Origin: Felis catus
Lineage: Eukaryota
Length of the DNA stretch: 64,000 nucleotides
NCBI RefSeq assembly: GCF_018350175.1
Contig: NC_058368.1
Coordinates: 97,466,001-97,530,000, forward strand
Direction of reading: 5' to 3'
Part shown: in pieces, positions 13,151 through 25,639 of the stretch
How the letters are laid out: each line of letters begins with the position of its first letter
Numbering within the stretch: position 1 is the first letter of the stretch
Notes under the pieces: generated by a model
The model's input: the letters and a program-made list of their open reading frames with translations, nothing else
Told to the model about the DNA's origin: nothing
The model's database searches: none
Program-made: the position numbers and the translations under genes

Positions 13151-14093
13151 ACCCAGACAATACACAGTTTTCCTTTTTCTTCCCCTTTATAGTTGTTCTT
13201 TTTTTTAATCAAGCAGATAACGTTTAATTAAGTGACTACTACACAAAATTTTGATTTCCTTTTTATTTTTCTTTAACTTCCTGAGTTATTTGATAGAAGC
13301 CTTGTACTGATTGTTCTTTTTAATTCTGATATGTTTGAGTATGTGTCTACTACAAGCAAGATATTGTGACTTTTTCTTTCTTACTTTCCTTTTTTTTTTT
13401 TTTTTTTGCAGGAGTTCCTCAATAGAATGTAGTCTTTGTTGATATGAGTTCAGCCTTTGAACTCCTCATGCTTATGGGGTTTATTAATATATATGTAATT
13501 GATTTTGCTTTTGTGAGTGGAAAGATAGTAAATTCACTGACAGTCAAGAATAAGGAAGGAGGTGGCTACTAATTATTTTATCATGATTTTTCTTCTCTTG
13601 TGCTTCACTACTTTTGGAATATGTTAAGCATGGAGAAAAATAAGTATACTAAATAGTGTAGCTTGTTAGTGACCAGTGTGCATGAGTCTTCACAGAAAGC
13701 AAAAATAAAGCATTATGAAAGAATTCAAATGGTAACCATTCAATGGATAAATCAGAAAATTTTTAAAGAAAATGTGTTTTTCCTTGCTTATTGACTGAGG
13801 GATTATGGCATTATCTCAGCCTTTGTTCTTTGGATGTAAGTGAATTTTAGATTCTTAAAACAAGAAGTACCACATTCTAAGCAGAAAAGAAATAGGTTAG
13901 CAGGCGTTTGCTGTGATGAAATCAAATACCCACTCAGTTTTAATGGTTTTGACTAAATATATTGCATAACTGTATATTGGCATTTCTTCATTGGTACTCC
14001 AATTGTGTGCATTTAAATAATTACAGAAACACTGTAGAATATTATACCGTACGAAATTTATATATTTGCCTCTAAAATCTTTTTATTCCTCAG

Positions 14094-14283
14094 GGCTTCT
14101 GTATGTAACGTGTTGTTGACTTGCTGCAAAGATAATGTATGTCGTCTTTGGGTAGAGACCTTTTTACCAAATGATTGTTTGCTCTATGGAAGTGACTGCA
14201 GCCATTGGACCGAACCAATTAATTTAACAAATAACTTCAAAAGAAATGCTTCTAGTAAAGAACGAATTCAAAATGCTTCAGAT
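14094..14283 (+). CDS. DMXL1: DMXL1 exon 8 (190 nt, phase 2->0)
   Basis: cctcag|G GCT TCT; ASVCNVLLTCCKDNVCRLWVETFLPND...IQNASD; GAT|gtaagt. Confidence 0.94.
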
Positions 14284-14467
14284 GTAAGTGTTTTTATTAG
14301 ATGTTATTTCCTACAAGTTTTAAAACCCCTTGTACATTGCCTTTTTTGTAACATTCATCCTAGTTAATATTCAAAGTCATATGGTTAGGTATGAAGACAT
14401 ATATGTATATTAGGAAAATGATTCTCAGAAAACTTTATAATTTGTTTCGTTCAAAAAATATTCTTAA

Positions 14468-14678
14468 GGGGGCGCCTAAATGGCTCAGTCAGTTAAGCAT
14501 CTGACTCTTGATTTCTGCTCAGGTCCTGAGCTTGCGGTGTGTGGGATCAAGCCCCACATTGGGCTCTGCACTGACAGTGGGGAACCTGCTTGAGATTCTC
14601 TCCCTTCCTCCCTCTCCCTCTCCCTCTCCCTCTCCCTCTCCCTCTCCCTCTCCCTCTCCCTCTCCCTCTCCCTCTCCC

Positions 14679-14720
<42 letters not shown>

Positions 14721-14775
14721 CCTCTGTCCCTTCCCTGCTCATGCTCTTTCTCTCAAAATAAGTAAATATTAAAAA
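14468..14775 (+). mobile_element. Can-SINE with expanded (TCCCTC)n/(CT)n tract
   Basis: Head motif; hexamer array about 14605-14690; imperfect TSD aaaaaatattcttaagg/aaaaaatactttttaagg. Confidence 0.9.
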
Positions 14776-15022
14776 ATACTTTTAAGGATTTGCCTAGAGC
14801 ATAAACGTACTTACAATTATGAAGTTAATCTTAAGTTACCTAATGATAACAAAAAGATTACAGTTGACTTAGCTAAAATAACAAAGTAAATGAAAATCTG
14901 AGAATGCAAAGATTTGACTGTAAAAATAATTTTTTTATATATATATGCATATATATATATTTGCTGTTCACAGGTTGGGTGTTTTGTCATAATTATAGGA
15001 ATGATTAGAATAGTTTATCAGA

Positions 15023-15320
15023 GGGGCATGTGGGTGGCTGAGTCGGTTAAGCATCCAGCTTCAGCTCAGGTCATGATCTCAGTTTTGTGAGTTTGAGTCC
15101 CATGTCAGGCTCTGTGCTGATAAGCTCAGAGCCCACACCCTCCTTGGGATTCTGTGTGTGTGTCTCTCTCTCTCTCTCTCTCCCTCCCTCTCTCCCTCTC
15201 TCCCTCTCTCCCTCTCTCCCTCTCTCCCTCTCTCCCTCTCTCCCCCCCCTCCCTTTCTCCACCCCTCCCCCACTCATGCTCTGTCTCTCTTCCTTCAAAA
15301 ATAAATAAACATTAAAAAAA
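15023..15320 (+). mobile_element. Can-SINE with expanded CT-rich tract
   Basis: TSD agaatagtttatcaga/agaatagtttgtcaga. Confidence 0.9.
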
Positions 15321-16049
15321 AGAATAGTTTGTCAGATTCTATTTTACTAAGTAGTGTGAAAAGTAAAAGTAAATTTTTAATGTGTAGGCTAATTGAACAT
15401 AGACTAATAATACAGTTTCCCATTTTCTTGATATTGAAAACAAAGTGTTCTGAAGTGATTTATCTTTGAATACTTTGTATGATTATGGAACAACTACTTT
15501 TTAAACTTGGAGAGTATTCTCAGGGCTCAGAATATAATTAAATATATATTTCTGGGAGACTCAACAAGTAATAGAATGGTTATGTATAATAGCTGAAAGA
15601 AGTTCTTGACTAGGAATCTGAAGACTCTTGTTCTATGTTTAGGTGACTTTGGGTTCTGTAGAAACTATTATATGAAAGATGTGAATAACAAAATCAGCAC
15701 TGTCTGCCTTGTGGGTCACATGAAGTGATATCTGAAAAAGCTTTGCAAGTTATGGAATAACATCCTAATGTATGATGGTAACACTATTCAGTGCTTTGTG
15801 GTCATAGGGTATAAACTGTGGATGCAAAGGGAACAGTACACATAGAGACACCATTATCCACAGACACATTGTTAAAGTTCTGTTTTATAAAATTAATTAA
15901 TTATCAGAAAATAAACCAAATAAAAATCGCAAAGTATTGTGTGATGGTTAAAAGAAATTAAGCAGTTCTAAGCTTATTCTTCAAGTTCAAATTTGCTGCA
16001 CAGAAGTACTGAAAAATATTTGTACATTCAAACTCATCTGAAATAGGGT

Positions 16050-16330
16050 GTTATGAAATAAGTCGGAGAAGGGCAGATACCATATGATTTCACTCATGTG
16101 AATTTAAGAAACAAGAAATGAACAAAGAAAAAAAGACAAAAAAAAAAAATGGATTGTTACCAGAGGGGAGTTGGTTGAGGGGTGAGTGAATTAGTTGAAG
16201 GGGATTAAAAGTACACTTAATCATGAGGAGCACTCAGTAACCAATAGAATCGTTGAATCATTATATTGTACACCTGAAGCTAATATAGCTGTAATTATAC
16301 TGTAATTGAAAGTTAATTAGAATTAAAAAA
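16050..16330 (+). mobile_element. Carnivore L1 3' end fragment
   Basis: gataccatatgatttcactcat...ttatattgtacacctgaa; TSD TGAAATAGGGT at 16039-16049 and 16331-16341. Confidence 0.82.
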
Positions 16331-16419
16331 TGAAATAGGGTATATGTAATGTCAAGCAATCATTATGTAACGATTGTTTTACTTTTAATGATGGTTTTAC
16401 TTTGTTTTTATTCACACAG

Positions 16420-16588
16420 GTCAACCTGAGACATTTTCGCAGAGGTCGGAGGAGATCACTTGCCCTTGTAGCACATACTGGATACCTGCCACATCAGCAG
16501 GACCCTCATCGTGTCCACAGGAATGCTCCCCTGCACGCCAATGCACTTTGCCACTTCCATATTGCAGCCAGCATCAACCCAGCCACAG
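16420..16588 (+). CDS. DMXL1: DMXL1 exon 9 (169 nt, phase 0->1)
   Basis: acacag|GTC AAC; VNLRHFRRGRRRSLALVAHTGYLPHQQD...HIAASINPAT; G|gtaaga. Confidence 0.94.
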
Positions 16589-16810
16589 GTAAGAGAACAC
16601 TGTTCCAAAAATGTTCCTGGAAATTGAGTAAGTTGATTTGGTAACAAATAAGTTATACTTCTAGTTTTGAATAAGAAAAAAATTGGAGGTGACTTGTTCA
16701 CCTAACTTTGTTATAGCCAGCTCAGTAATGACATAGGATAGGTTTTTGTTTACTTGTTTGCTTTTTAAGGCTATGACTTGGTTTGTGATTTAAAATCTTA
16801 AGAAGTCGTA

Positions 16811-17028
16811 GGGTACCTGGGTGACTCAGTTGTTAAGCATCTGATTTTGGCTCAGGTCATGAGCTCGCATTTCATGAATTCGTGTCCCACACTGGGTTAG
16901 CACGAGCCCCACGTCTCTGTCTCTCTGTCTGTCTCTGTCTCTGACCCTCCTGGAATTCTCTCTCTCACTCTCTCTTTCTCTCTCTGCCCCTTGCTCACTT
17001 GTGTCCCCTCCCTCTCTCTGAAAAAAAA
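16811..17028 (+). mobile_element. Can-SINE (degenerate)
   Basis: gggtacctgggtgactcagtt head, CT tract, A tail. Confidence 0.8.
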
Positions 17029-17084
17029 TTTTTTTTTTTAGTCATTGAGATTCTTAATTAGTTCATTCAAAAGTTGAGATGTTC

Positions 17085-17295
17085 AGGGCGCCTGGGTGGC
17101 TCAGTCGGTTAAGCGTCCAGCTTTGGCTCAGGTCATGATCTCATGGTTCGTGCGTTCGAGCCCCGCATCAGGCTCTGTGCTGACAGTTCAAAGCCTGGAG
17201 CCTGCTTGAGATTCTGTGTCTCCCTCTCTGCCCCTCCCCCACTCACACTCTGTCTCTCTCTCTCTCTCAAAAATAAATAAAGCTTAAAAAAAAAA
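17085..17295 (+). mobile_element. Can-SINE
   Basis: Canonical body; flanking AAAAGTTGAGAT repeat. Confidence 0.92.
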
Positions 17296-18021
17296 GTTGA
17301 GATTTGAGCTAAAACTTAACAGGTTAACACCACCAAGTAGTATTTTGTAACTATTGTATGGTTGTTAAAATAAAACCCTTGTGTCTAATGCTTGATTTTA
17401 GGAGACATTCCAGAAATAGGGCATAAATATATAGAAGTTGTAAATGGGAATTAAATTTATCTTACTAGTGAGATAATGCACTGTTAGATTAAAAGATCTA
17501 GGATATCTGGATCTTTGAATTTTAAAATTAAAGTGCTCATCATTTCAGTAAATATTTTCTGTGAGTTTAAAAAACAAGTGATCACAGTTGGGACATTTAA
17601 AGCAGAACTAGAATATTACTGAGAAAAAGATTAAAAACAGTATTTGCACATGGCAAATACCATCTGTACAGAAAGTGAAAAGTGAAAGCCTCCTTTCACC
17701 TGTGCTGTACCTTAGTCCTTCTCTGCCATAGATAAACCCTATTGAGTTTTTGTATATTTGCAGATACCCTTATGCATAAAGTAAACCTATTTTCATATAG
17801 TATACTGGGTTGTTGCTGTACTATTGCATTCTTCAAGGAAAAATAACAATAAATATGGTTCATTAGTTACCTGAATCAAAGTGAGAAGTGCTCTGGTAAG
17901 TTAAATATAGGGATATTTACGGAAGGAGTAAAGAGTATTTGCTGACAAATTTGGTTAACAACAGTCCCAGCTCTAAAATAATTCATGAGCCAAGAAAATG
18001 AAAGGGGACAATATTGAACTA

Positions 18022-18222
18022 TTTTTTTTTAAATGTTGATTCATTTTGAGAGAGAGAACGTGCAAGCCCAGGAGCAGTAGAGAGAGAGGGAGAAAATCCC
18101 AAGCAGGTTCTGAGCTCCCAACCCAGAGCCCCACGTGGGGTTCAGTCTCATAAACCATGAGATCATGACCTGAGGTAAAATCAAGAGTCAGATGTTTAAC
18201 CGACCGAGTCACCCAGGGGCCC
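18022..18222 (-). mobile_element. Can-SINE
   Basis: T-tail, (GA)n, ...gatcatgacctgagg...gagtcacccaggggccc. Confidence 0.86.
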
Positions 18223-19979
18223 TGAAACTGAACTAGTTTTATGAAAACATTACCTAGGCTTGGGAAATACCGTTACCTTTATCAAAAAACGTATACTGAC
18301 AGTGCTTGTAATACCCACAGGCAACTCTGAGATCACTGGAATAGTTTTTAAAGTCTCTTCTGAATGAAGGACAACATGTTGAGAATAAAGGAAGCTTGGA
18401 TTCTTGCTTTAATGGAAAAGTCTGAGTTGTTACAGAAAAATAAACACTAAGTTTCAATGTAGCATCTCCTTGATGACCTTCCAATAAGAAAAACTCTAAA
18501 ACCTTTCTTTTAGAGTGTAGGTCCTTAATGAAAAGCCATATGTATATAACAAATCAAAGCAAAATAATATTATTAGCAGCTAGATTAGACACCATGGAGT
18601 TCTTCTTTTCCCACATTAGACCTTTTGGAATGACCTTTCTGAATGTTGTGTTTGTTATTCAAGGCCAAACTCTTAGAGCTTCCCTTATTTGCCCATCCAT
18701 AGATAAAGGAAAGGAGCTCGTAGAGAATGTTCTCTTAATACCCATTCCCTGAAGATCTCTCATAAAAAAATGGCTTTAATGAAATTCTTTGAGGTCAGGA
18801 GACAGAAGAAATGTAAGTTTTGTCTTAACCCAGAATGCTTCTGTTAAAAGCCTCCGTTAGCCTCTCCTTCTTGTGTGTTTAACAGCTAGGTCTGTGATCT
18901 CCTAGAGGCATTGCTGATCTCTCTTGTGTTGATTGTTGCTTGAAAATCAGAAAATCATACTCATTAGGATTCTTAGGGCACTCTCACATTCCCTGACACT
19001 AATATATATGCACCTAGGGGTAGTAGGACTGGCAATATAGTACCTCAAGACTTTTATTGAGTGTTTGGTCTGTGCCATTATAGCAACCAGAGATATGGTA
19101 GGAGCTGGAGGTACAGTGGTAATAGAAACAGATGTGATCTTTGCTTTCATGAAGCATATAATCAGGAGAGAAGAGATAGATGCTAATCAGATAATTACAG
19201 TAATGAATGTACAGTTATAAACAGAGTTCTTGGATTGGATATATCTGTCAACTCGTAGAATTTGCCTCCAGCAGAAGGGATAGGAGAAAGGTTTTTTTTT
19301 TATTCTTTATTTTATCATTCATCCTCTGTAATACTGTTTCCATTGGTGTCTGACACAGGTCATTAATTCAAATTATTTATCTCTCCCTTAAAAAAAAATC
19401 AATAAATTTGTTCTGTGGAAAATTGTTAACCTTTTGTGAATCCAATGTAGCCTTTACTGTTTAGCAGATATCTGCATGATCTAGATTTAGGTTTGATTTA
19501 ATATGATAGGCAAATTTTTCTTCACCTTTATGTTAATTAGGGACTATCATTTGTCACATTCTACTCTGAATTTGTACGTCAGTATACTTAATTTAGCAAT
19601 TAGATGAAAAGTACTACCAAGAAAGAATTTTTTTAGCTGAGTTCGTTTGTCTTAAATGCCTTCCTTGAGTACAAGATAGGGATCTCAGTTTCTCCTTTAC
19701 AACTTGAATCTTGATGCTAATAAATCAGAATTATCTCACTTAGAGTTAGATACATCATTTAAAAAGTTACTGTCAGTCTCTAAATTAAAAAGTGGTTAAA
19801 ATCAAGATAAATATATCACTTGTTCCTCTGACATCATATTGATGGAATTTTTTTTGGTAGATTAGGTTAAAAGAGATTTCTTACCAGTTTGTATGTAAAT
19901 TAAGGACACTTTCCTATTAACTATCCACAAACCACAGATTTATTTCTTAATGAAAATATTTTTTGAATTAAAATATCTG

Positions 19980-20861
19980 AAAAACAAATAATCCAGTGAA
20001 GAAATGGGCAGAAAACATGAATAGACACTTCTCTAAAGAAGACATTCAGATGGCCAGCAGGCACTTGAAAAGATGCTCAACGTCGCTCCTTGTTAGGGAA
20101 ATACAAATCAAAACCACACTGAGATATCACCTCACGCCAGTCAGAGTGGCTCAAATGAACAAATCAGGAGACTATAGATGCTGGAGAGGATGTGGAGAAA
20201 TGGGAACCCTCTTACATTGTTGGTGGGAATGTAAACTGGTGCAGCTGCTCTGGAAAACGGTGTGGAGGTCCCTCAAAAAATTAAAAATAAAGCTACCCTA
20301 CAACCCAGCAATAGCACTGCTAGGAATTTACCCAAGGGATACTGGAGGAATTTACCCAAGGGATACAAGGGGCACTTGTACCCCAATGTTTATAGCAGCA
20401 CTTTCAACAATAGCCAAATTATGGAAAGAGCCTAAATGTCCATCAACTGATGAATAGATAAAGAAACTGTGGTTTATATACACAATGGAATACTACGTGG
20501 CAATGAGAAAGAATGAAATATGGCCTTTTGTAGCAACGTGGATGGAACTGGAGAGTGTTATGCTAAGTAAAATAAGTCATACAGAGAAAGACAGATACCA
20601 TGTGTTTTCGCTCTTAATGTGGATCCTGAGAAACTTAACAGAAGACCATGGAGGAGGGGAAGGAAAAAAAAAAGTTAGAGAGGGAGGGAGCCAAACCATA
20701 GGAGACTCTTAAAAACTGAGAATAAACTGAGGGTTGATGGGGGGTGGGAGGGAAGGGAAAGTGGGTAATGGGCATTGAGGAGGGCACCTGTTGGGATGAG
20801 CACTGGGTGTTGTATGGAAACCAATTTGACAATAAATTTCATATTAAAAAAGATAATAAAG
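19980..20861 (+). mobile_element. 5'-truncated young L1 (ORF2 C-terminal region and 3'UTR), sense to gene
   Basis: ORFs 19996..20457 and 20485..20712 are L1 ORF2 ([17 protein letters not shown]..., [12 protein letters not shown]); G-rich 3'UTR, AATAAA at 20831; TSD AAAATATCTG at 19970-19979 and 20862-20871. Confidence 0.95.
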
Positions 20862-21111
20862 AAAATATCTGTATGTGTATATAAATTATGCTATAGGACC
20901 TAGAATACATAATTGTTTTCCTTTATAATAGGCATGTTAAATTTATCATTTAAAGCTGTTGTTACTAATAATCGTGGCAAACATTATATTGGGAATCTTA
21001 TTTAAAATGTTACAGAAGTGTAAAGATAAATGTAATAGTTAATAGTAAAAATGTGAGACCTGAATATTGTGTATGATAGAAATATTGTGTGTGTTTTGTT
21101 GTTCTTTATAG

Positions 21112-21324
21112 ACATTCCACTTCTTCCTTCTATCACATCTCTAAGTCTAAGTGACAATAATGAGAAGAGTGGGCCTTTTGTGGTACACTGGCTGAACAAC
21201 AAAGAGTTGCATTTTACTTTGTCCATGGAAGTATTTTTACAGCAACTTAGAAAAAGTTTTGAACAGCCATCTTCTGAGCCCAGTGTAGAAGATGCTAATC
21301 AGGCAGATGTAAAATCTGATGAAG
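21112..21324 (+). CDS. DMXL1: DMXL1 exon 10 (213 nt, phase 1->1)
   Basis: ttatag|AC ATT CCA; IPLLPSITSLSL...FVVHWLNNKELHFTLSME...VKSDE; G|gtaaag. Confidence 0.94.
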
Positions 21325-21574
21325 GTAAAGCTTTAACAAGGATTAAAAAAAAAAAAAATGTCAAGTTTTGTTGAGAATAGCTAAGTTGTCTATATTTGGC
21401 TAAAACTAGCTCCTTTCAGAAACTCAGAATTTCAGTGGTGTAATACAGATTTGGAGTAGCTCATTTAATAATCCAGCTCATTTAACATTCCTGTTGCAAG
21501 TGGCTTTCTTTTATGGGATGATAGAGGCTCAGGATTCTCCATACTTATGCTCTTGTCAGCCCCTAGGACCTTGT

Positions 21575-21690
21575 TACTTAAAGGACTACCTGTGGCCTAG
21601 TAGCATTGACATTACCTGAGGCTTGTTAGAAATGCACGATCTTTAAGAATCTGCAATTTAATGAAATCCTCAGGTGATTGTACTAGGGCC
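21575..21690. mobile_element. MER5-like hAT remnant
   Basis: agcattgacattacctgaggcttgttagaaatgca...aatctgca..caggtgatt. Confidence 0.5.
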
Positions 21691-23379
21691 TTAAAGTCTG
21701 CATTCAGCCTCAGGTAGGTTGGGAGCTGGAAGAGTCTTTGGAGGGGGACAAGGTTTAGCTGTTCCTCAACATCTTTAACTCAGAATTGGCACATATCACA
21801 AACCATTTATATTCTAATTTAACTGGCAAAGACTAGTCATAAGGCCCATGCAGTCTCTGACTGGGTGGTCATTCTATACTGAGGACTAGAAAGCATGAGT
21901 TTGTGGTGGGTAGCTAGCCATCTCTGCTACAGTTTGTAGTTCATAAATATTTCTGTTTTTAAAAAGTTTTGTTTTGATTATAAGGTTGTATGGGCTCATT
22001 AAAAAAAAGAAATCAAACAGTACAGTTAGGAAAATAATTGGATATTGTATGAGTGTACTTCCAAGATCTATTCTTTTCTGTGCTCATACAAACATACATA
22101 TGGTTGTTTTTTTAAGTTGTGCTGTAGGTATTCCTTTTTTAAACAAAAACACTGATCTGCCTGCAGCTTGCTTTTTAAATTCACTGATGGGCCCTTTTCT
22201 ACCTCATGATTTTTACCAGCTCTTGATTATTCCATATCAAGAGAAAATTTGAGTATTTTCTCTTTGATTGACATTTAAATTGATTTAAATTATTTTTCAC
22301 TATACTGATCATGGTACAATGACACATCTTTTAATCTTCCTGTGAATTTTTACATAAGAGGATTTCCAGATACAGAATTGCCAGAGAGTGTGGACATTTT
22401 AGATATCAATAACTTTTGCCAAATTACCCTCCAGAAGTGTTTATAATACCCTTTTCTAATGGATCCACATAACCTTTTTTCACATCCTTGCCAACACTGG
22501 AGCTTTTCATTATATTTCATAATATTTTTGCCACTTGATATGGGGAAAATGGCATCTTGTTTTACATGTCATTTTCTTGAGGCAAATTGAATAGAATTAT
22601 TTTAGCTCTTCTGTGGTATGCCTCTTCCTGCTCTTTGCCTATTTTTCTGTTAAATTATTTTTCTTAATAATTTGTATGTCTTAACAAATTTTTTAAATCT
22701 GATAAACAGTCTTACCATTTTTTGAGTCTCTCTTAAGAACGTCTCTATTTTCCTAACTAAGAGTAGAGGCCAGGATTTTTGAAATAGAGGTCACAATATG
22801 TATATGTACCTGTTTTAATAGTTCAGTATAGCAGTTTTAGTTACCTGTGTTACTGAAGGAGATCTGGAAATTGCACTTTAAGTGTATTCCTTTAAAATAG
22901 TTTCTTTAAGGTGTCCTATCAGTTATGAGTGTATACACCTAGAGCATCACTAGTACAGTGGACTCATGTTCTTAAAAATCTAATATTATGAAGAAAATAC
23001 AAATTGCATTCCAATAATATATTTCAGCCCAGAATTCTATCCCCAGTTCTAACTCCGTGATTTTACTGTGAGAAAAACTAAGGTCCAGACAAGTAGTATG
23101 TTTTACTTCTGAGTAAATTGTGGTACAACCAGTTTCGCTATTTTCTAGTCCAGTATTAGTACTCTACCATTAATCCACTGAGTCAGTCCTATAGGCCCTC
23201 TAGAATTAACTCTAATGGTCTTATATTCCTGGAGCAAAGTTATTTTTAAAAAGGAGCCACTTTCTTGTTTATAGGAAAGCCGTTATGTTTTTAATCTTGA
23301 ATGTATTTACAAGGGTGTTTCTTAATTTATAGTAATACCTTAATTGTACTTACTGGGTCATGAATTCTTTTGCTCATAG

Positions 23380-23633
23380 AAATGGATGATGGTGTTGATG
23401 ATCTGAAAGCAAATCATGAAAAAAAGGAATTGGGCAGTGATAAAATGGTACCAAATTCAAGTTTTGTACCATTACCCTCCGCTGCCATTGATCATCAGAT
23501 TGAAGTACTTCTGTCTGAATGGAGTAAAAATGCAGACATGCTATTCAGTATTCATCCCATGGATGGTTCTTTGCTGGTTTGGCATGTGGATTGGCTGGAT
23601 GAATACCAGCCTGGTATGTTTCGTCAAGTCCAG
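23380..23633 (+). CDS. DMXL1: DMXL1 exon 11 (254 nt, phase 1->0)
   Basis: tcatag|AA ATG GAT; ...DMLFSIHPMDGSLLVWHVDWLDEYQPGMFRQVQ; CAG|gtacta. Confidence 0.94.
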
Positions 23634-23744
23634 GTACTATTATTACGATCTCTGGAGAGCTACTTCTTGTTAAATGTGGGTACTGTTTTGTAATACCTCT
23701 TTTTATTATTTCATATGTTCTAATGCTTGCTTTCTTAATTCTAG

Positions 23745-24429
23745 GTGTCCTTTGTTTCCAGAATTCCTGTAGCTTTCCCCACAGGTGATGCAAACTCTCT
23801 CTGTAAAAGCATAGTGATGTATGCCTGCACCAAGAATGTTGACTTGGCTATTCAGCAAGGAAAACAAAAACCTTCTAGTCTCACGCGGTCCACATCAATG
23901 CTAATCTCCTCTGGTCACAGTAAATCAACTAATAGTTTAAAATTAAGTATTTTTACCCCTAATGTTATGATGATTTCAAAGCATGCTGATGGCTCTCTGA
24001 ATCAGTGGCTGGTCAGTTTTGCTGAAGAATCTGCTTTTTCTACAGTTCTCAGTATTTCTCATAAATCCAGATATTGTGGTCATCGGTTTCATCTTAACGA
24101 TTTAGCTTGCCATTCAGTATTACCATTACTGCTGACGACGTCACACCATAATGCACTAAGGACACCGGATGTCGATAACCAAAAGCAACCTCATGATCCT
24201 GTAAATATTGAAGAATGTTCTTTGGCACAACAGAATAAAAGCAGCGTTGATGTGACATTTCAGGATCCCAATGCAGTTTATAGTGAGCTTATTCTTTGGA
24301 GGGTTGATCCCGTTGGGCCATTGTCTTTTTCTGGAGGTGTTTCTGAACTGGCCCGGATTAATTCTCTACATGTTTCTGCATTTTCCAATGTGGCGTGGCT
24401 GCCCACTCTTATACCCAGCTACTGTCTAG
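23745..24429 (+). CDS. DMXL1: DMXL1 exon 12 (685 nt, phase 0->1)
   Basis: ttctag|GTG TCC; VSFVSRIPVAFPTGDA...RYCGHRFHLNDLACHSVLPLLLTTSHHN...WLPTLIPSYCL; G|gtgagc. Confidence 0.96.
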
Positions 24430-24519
24430 GTGAGCTTTCTAATTCTTATTTAAGAGATTTAGATTTTCTGACATTATTATTTAAGGGTTAAATTGTAAGT
24501 GTCCGTAAATACTTTCTAG

Positions 24520-24641
24520 GTGCATACTGCAACTCTCCTAGTGCATGCTTTGTAGCAAGTGATGGGCAGTATCTGAGATTATATGAAGCTGTTATTGATG
24601 CCAAGAAACTTCTATATGAGCTTTCCAATCCTGAAATTTCT
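24520..24641 (+). CDS. DMXL1: DMXL1 exon 13 (122 nt, phase 1->0)
   Basis: ttctag|GT GCA TAC; AYCNSPSACFVASDGQYLRLYEAVIDAKKLLYELSNPEIS; TCT|gtaagt. Confidence 0.94.
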
Positions 24642-24824
24642 GTAAGTAAATGGCTTTTAAAATTAAGTGTATAGTATGATGTTTTTAGATAAGTAATTTA
24701 TATTTATTGGGCATGTTCTAGAATTGTGACCTATAATTTGTAGTAAATAGATGTATATTTTCTAGTTATTTCATTTTTTTCACATTTGTAAGGTACCATT
24801 ATAGTGATTCTTAGCTTTTTCTTT

Positions 24825-25061
24825 TTTTTTTTTTTTTTTTAATTTTTTTTTCTTCAACGTTTTTTATTTTATTTTTGGGACAGAGAGACACAGAGCATGA
24901 ACGGGGGAGGGGCAGAGAGAGAGGGAGACACAGAATCGGAAACAGGCTCCAGGCTTCGAGCCATCAGCCCAGAGCCTGATGCGGGGCTCGAACTCACGGA
25001 CCGCGAGATCGTGACCTGGCTGAAGTCGGACGCTTAACCAACTGCGCCACCCAGGCGCCCC
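24825..25061 (-). mobile_element. Can-SINE, young subfamily
   Basis: CpG-rich body, long T tail, exact TSD TTAGCTTTTTCTTT at 24811-24824 and 25063-25076. Confidence 0.94.
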
Positions 25062-25639
25062 GTTAGCTTTTTCTTTAAAAAGAAACCATTTCTTTTATTC
25101 ATTCCAAAAGTAAAGTCTGGTTTCCTACAATATGTGTTTCTCTAATACTTCTTTGCTCAGAAATGAATGAGGATGACTGGCAGGATAAATGTGGAAGTTA
25201 TGTTGATTCACCTGTAGTGTTTTCAAGACACTGGGAGCTGGAGTAGCAGCAGTAGAGTTTTAAACCACGAAAGAAAAAAGCTCTCAACTTCGTTGCAGTT
25301 CAGTTATTGTCCTTTCAACTCCTCACAAAGCCTTTGTCTTATGATAGGCGGTGCTTCTTCCTCTACACAGCTAATAGCAATCCACCAGCAAGCCAGCATT
25401 TCCACTCTTGGCTTTGGTGTTTTTAAATGAACCCTGAGGTAACCTTCAACCTCACTGAGCTTATTATTCAGGGAATTCAAGCCATCTCCTCAGCTACCAG
25501 TTAATGTTTTTGTTAATGTTTTAGTTATATAATTGCATAGTGTCACTGGTCTGCTCCAATCCTGTTTTTTTCCTATTTTTAATGTGTGGTTTTTCAGAAT
25601 GCAGGGTTTTTCAAAACACATACAAGAGTGTTATAGGAG

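Noticed and set aside
12671..13165. 164-aa minus-strand ORF rich in P/S/L/F
   Set aside because: It arises from the stop-poor CT-rich strand of the polypurine tract. It has no recognisable homology or exon structure.
14485..15308. ORFs with (RE)n, (SP)n and (LP)n repeats (also 748..1002 and 63135..63414)
   Set aside because: They are translations of CT/GA microsatellites inside Can-SINEs, not genes.
19996..20712. L1 ORF2-like ORFs as a functional retrotransposon (also 49663..50647)
   Set aside because: Both copies are 5'-truncated, lack the endonuclease and RT core, and carry stops or frameshifts.
20730..20795. G-quadruplex-like G-runs (also the C-runs near 2195-2230)
   Set aside because: This is the standard G-rich tract of the L1 3'UTR, so it is expected rather than locus-specific.
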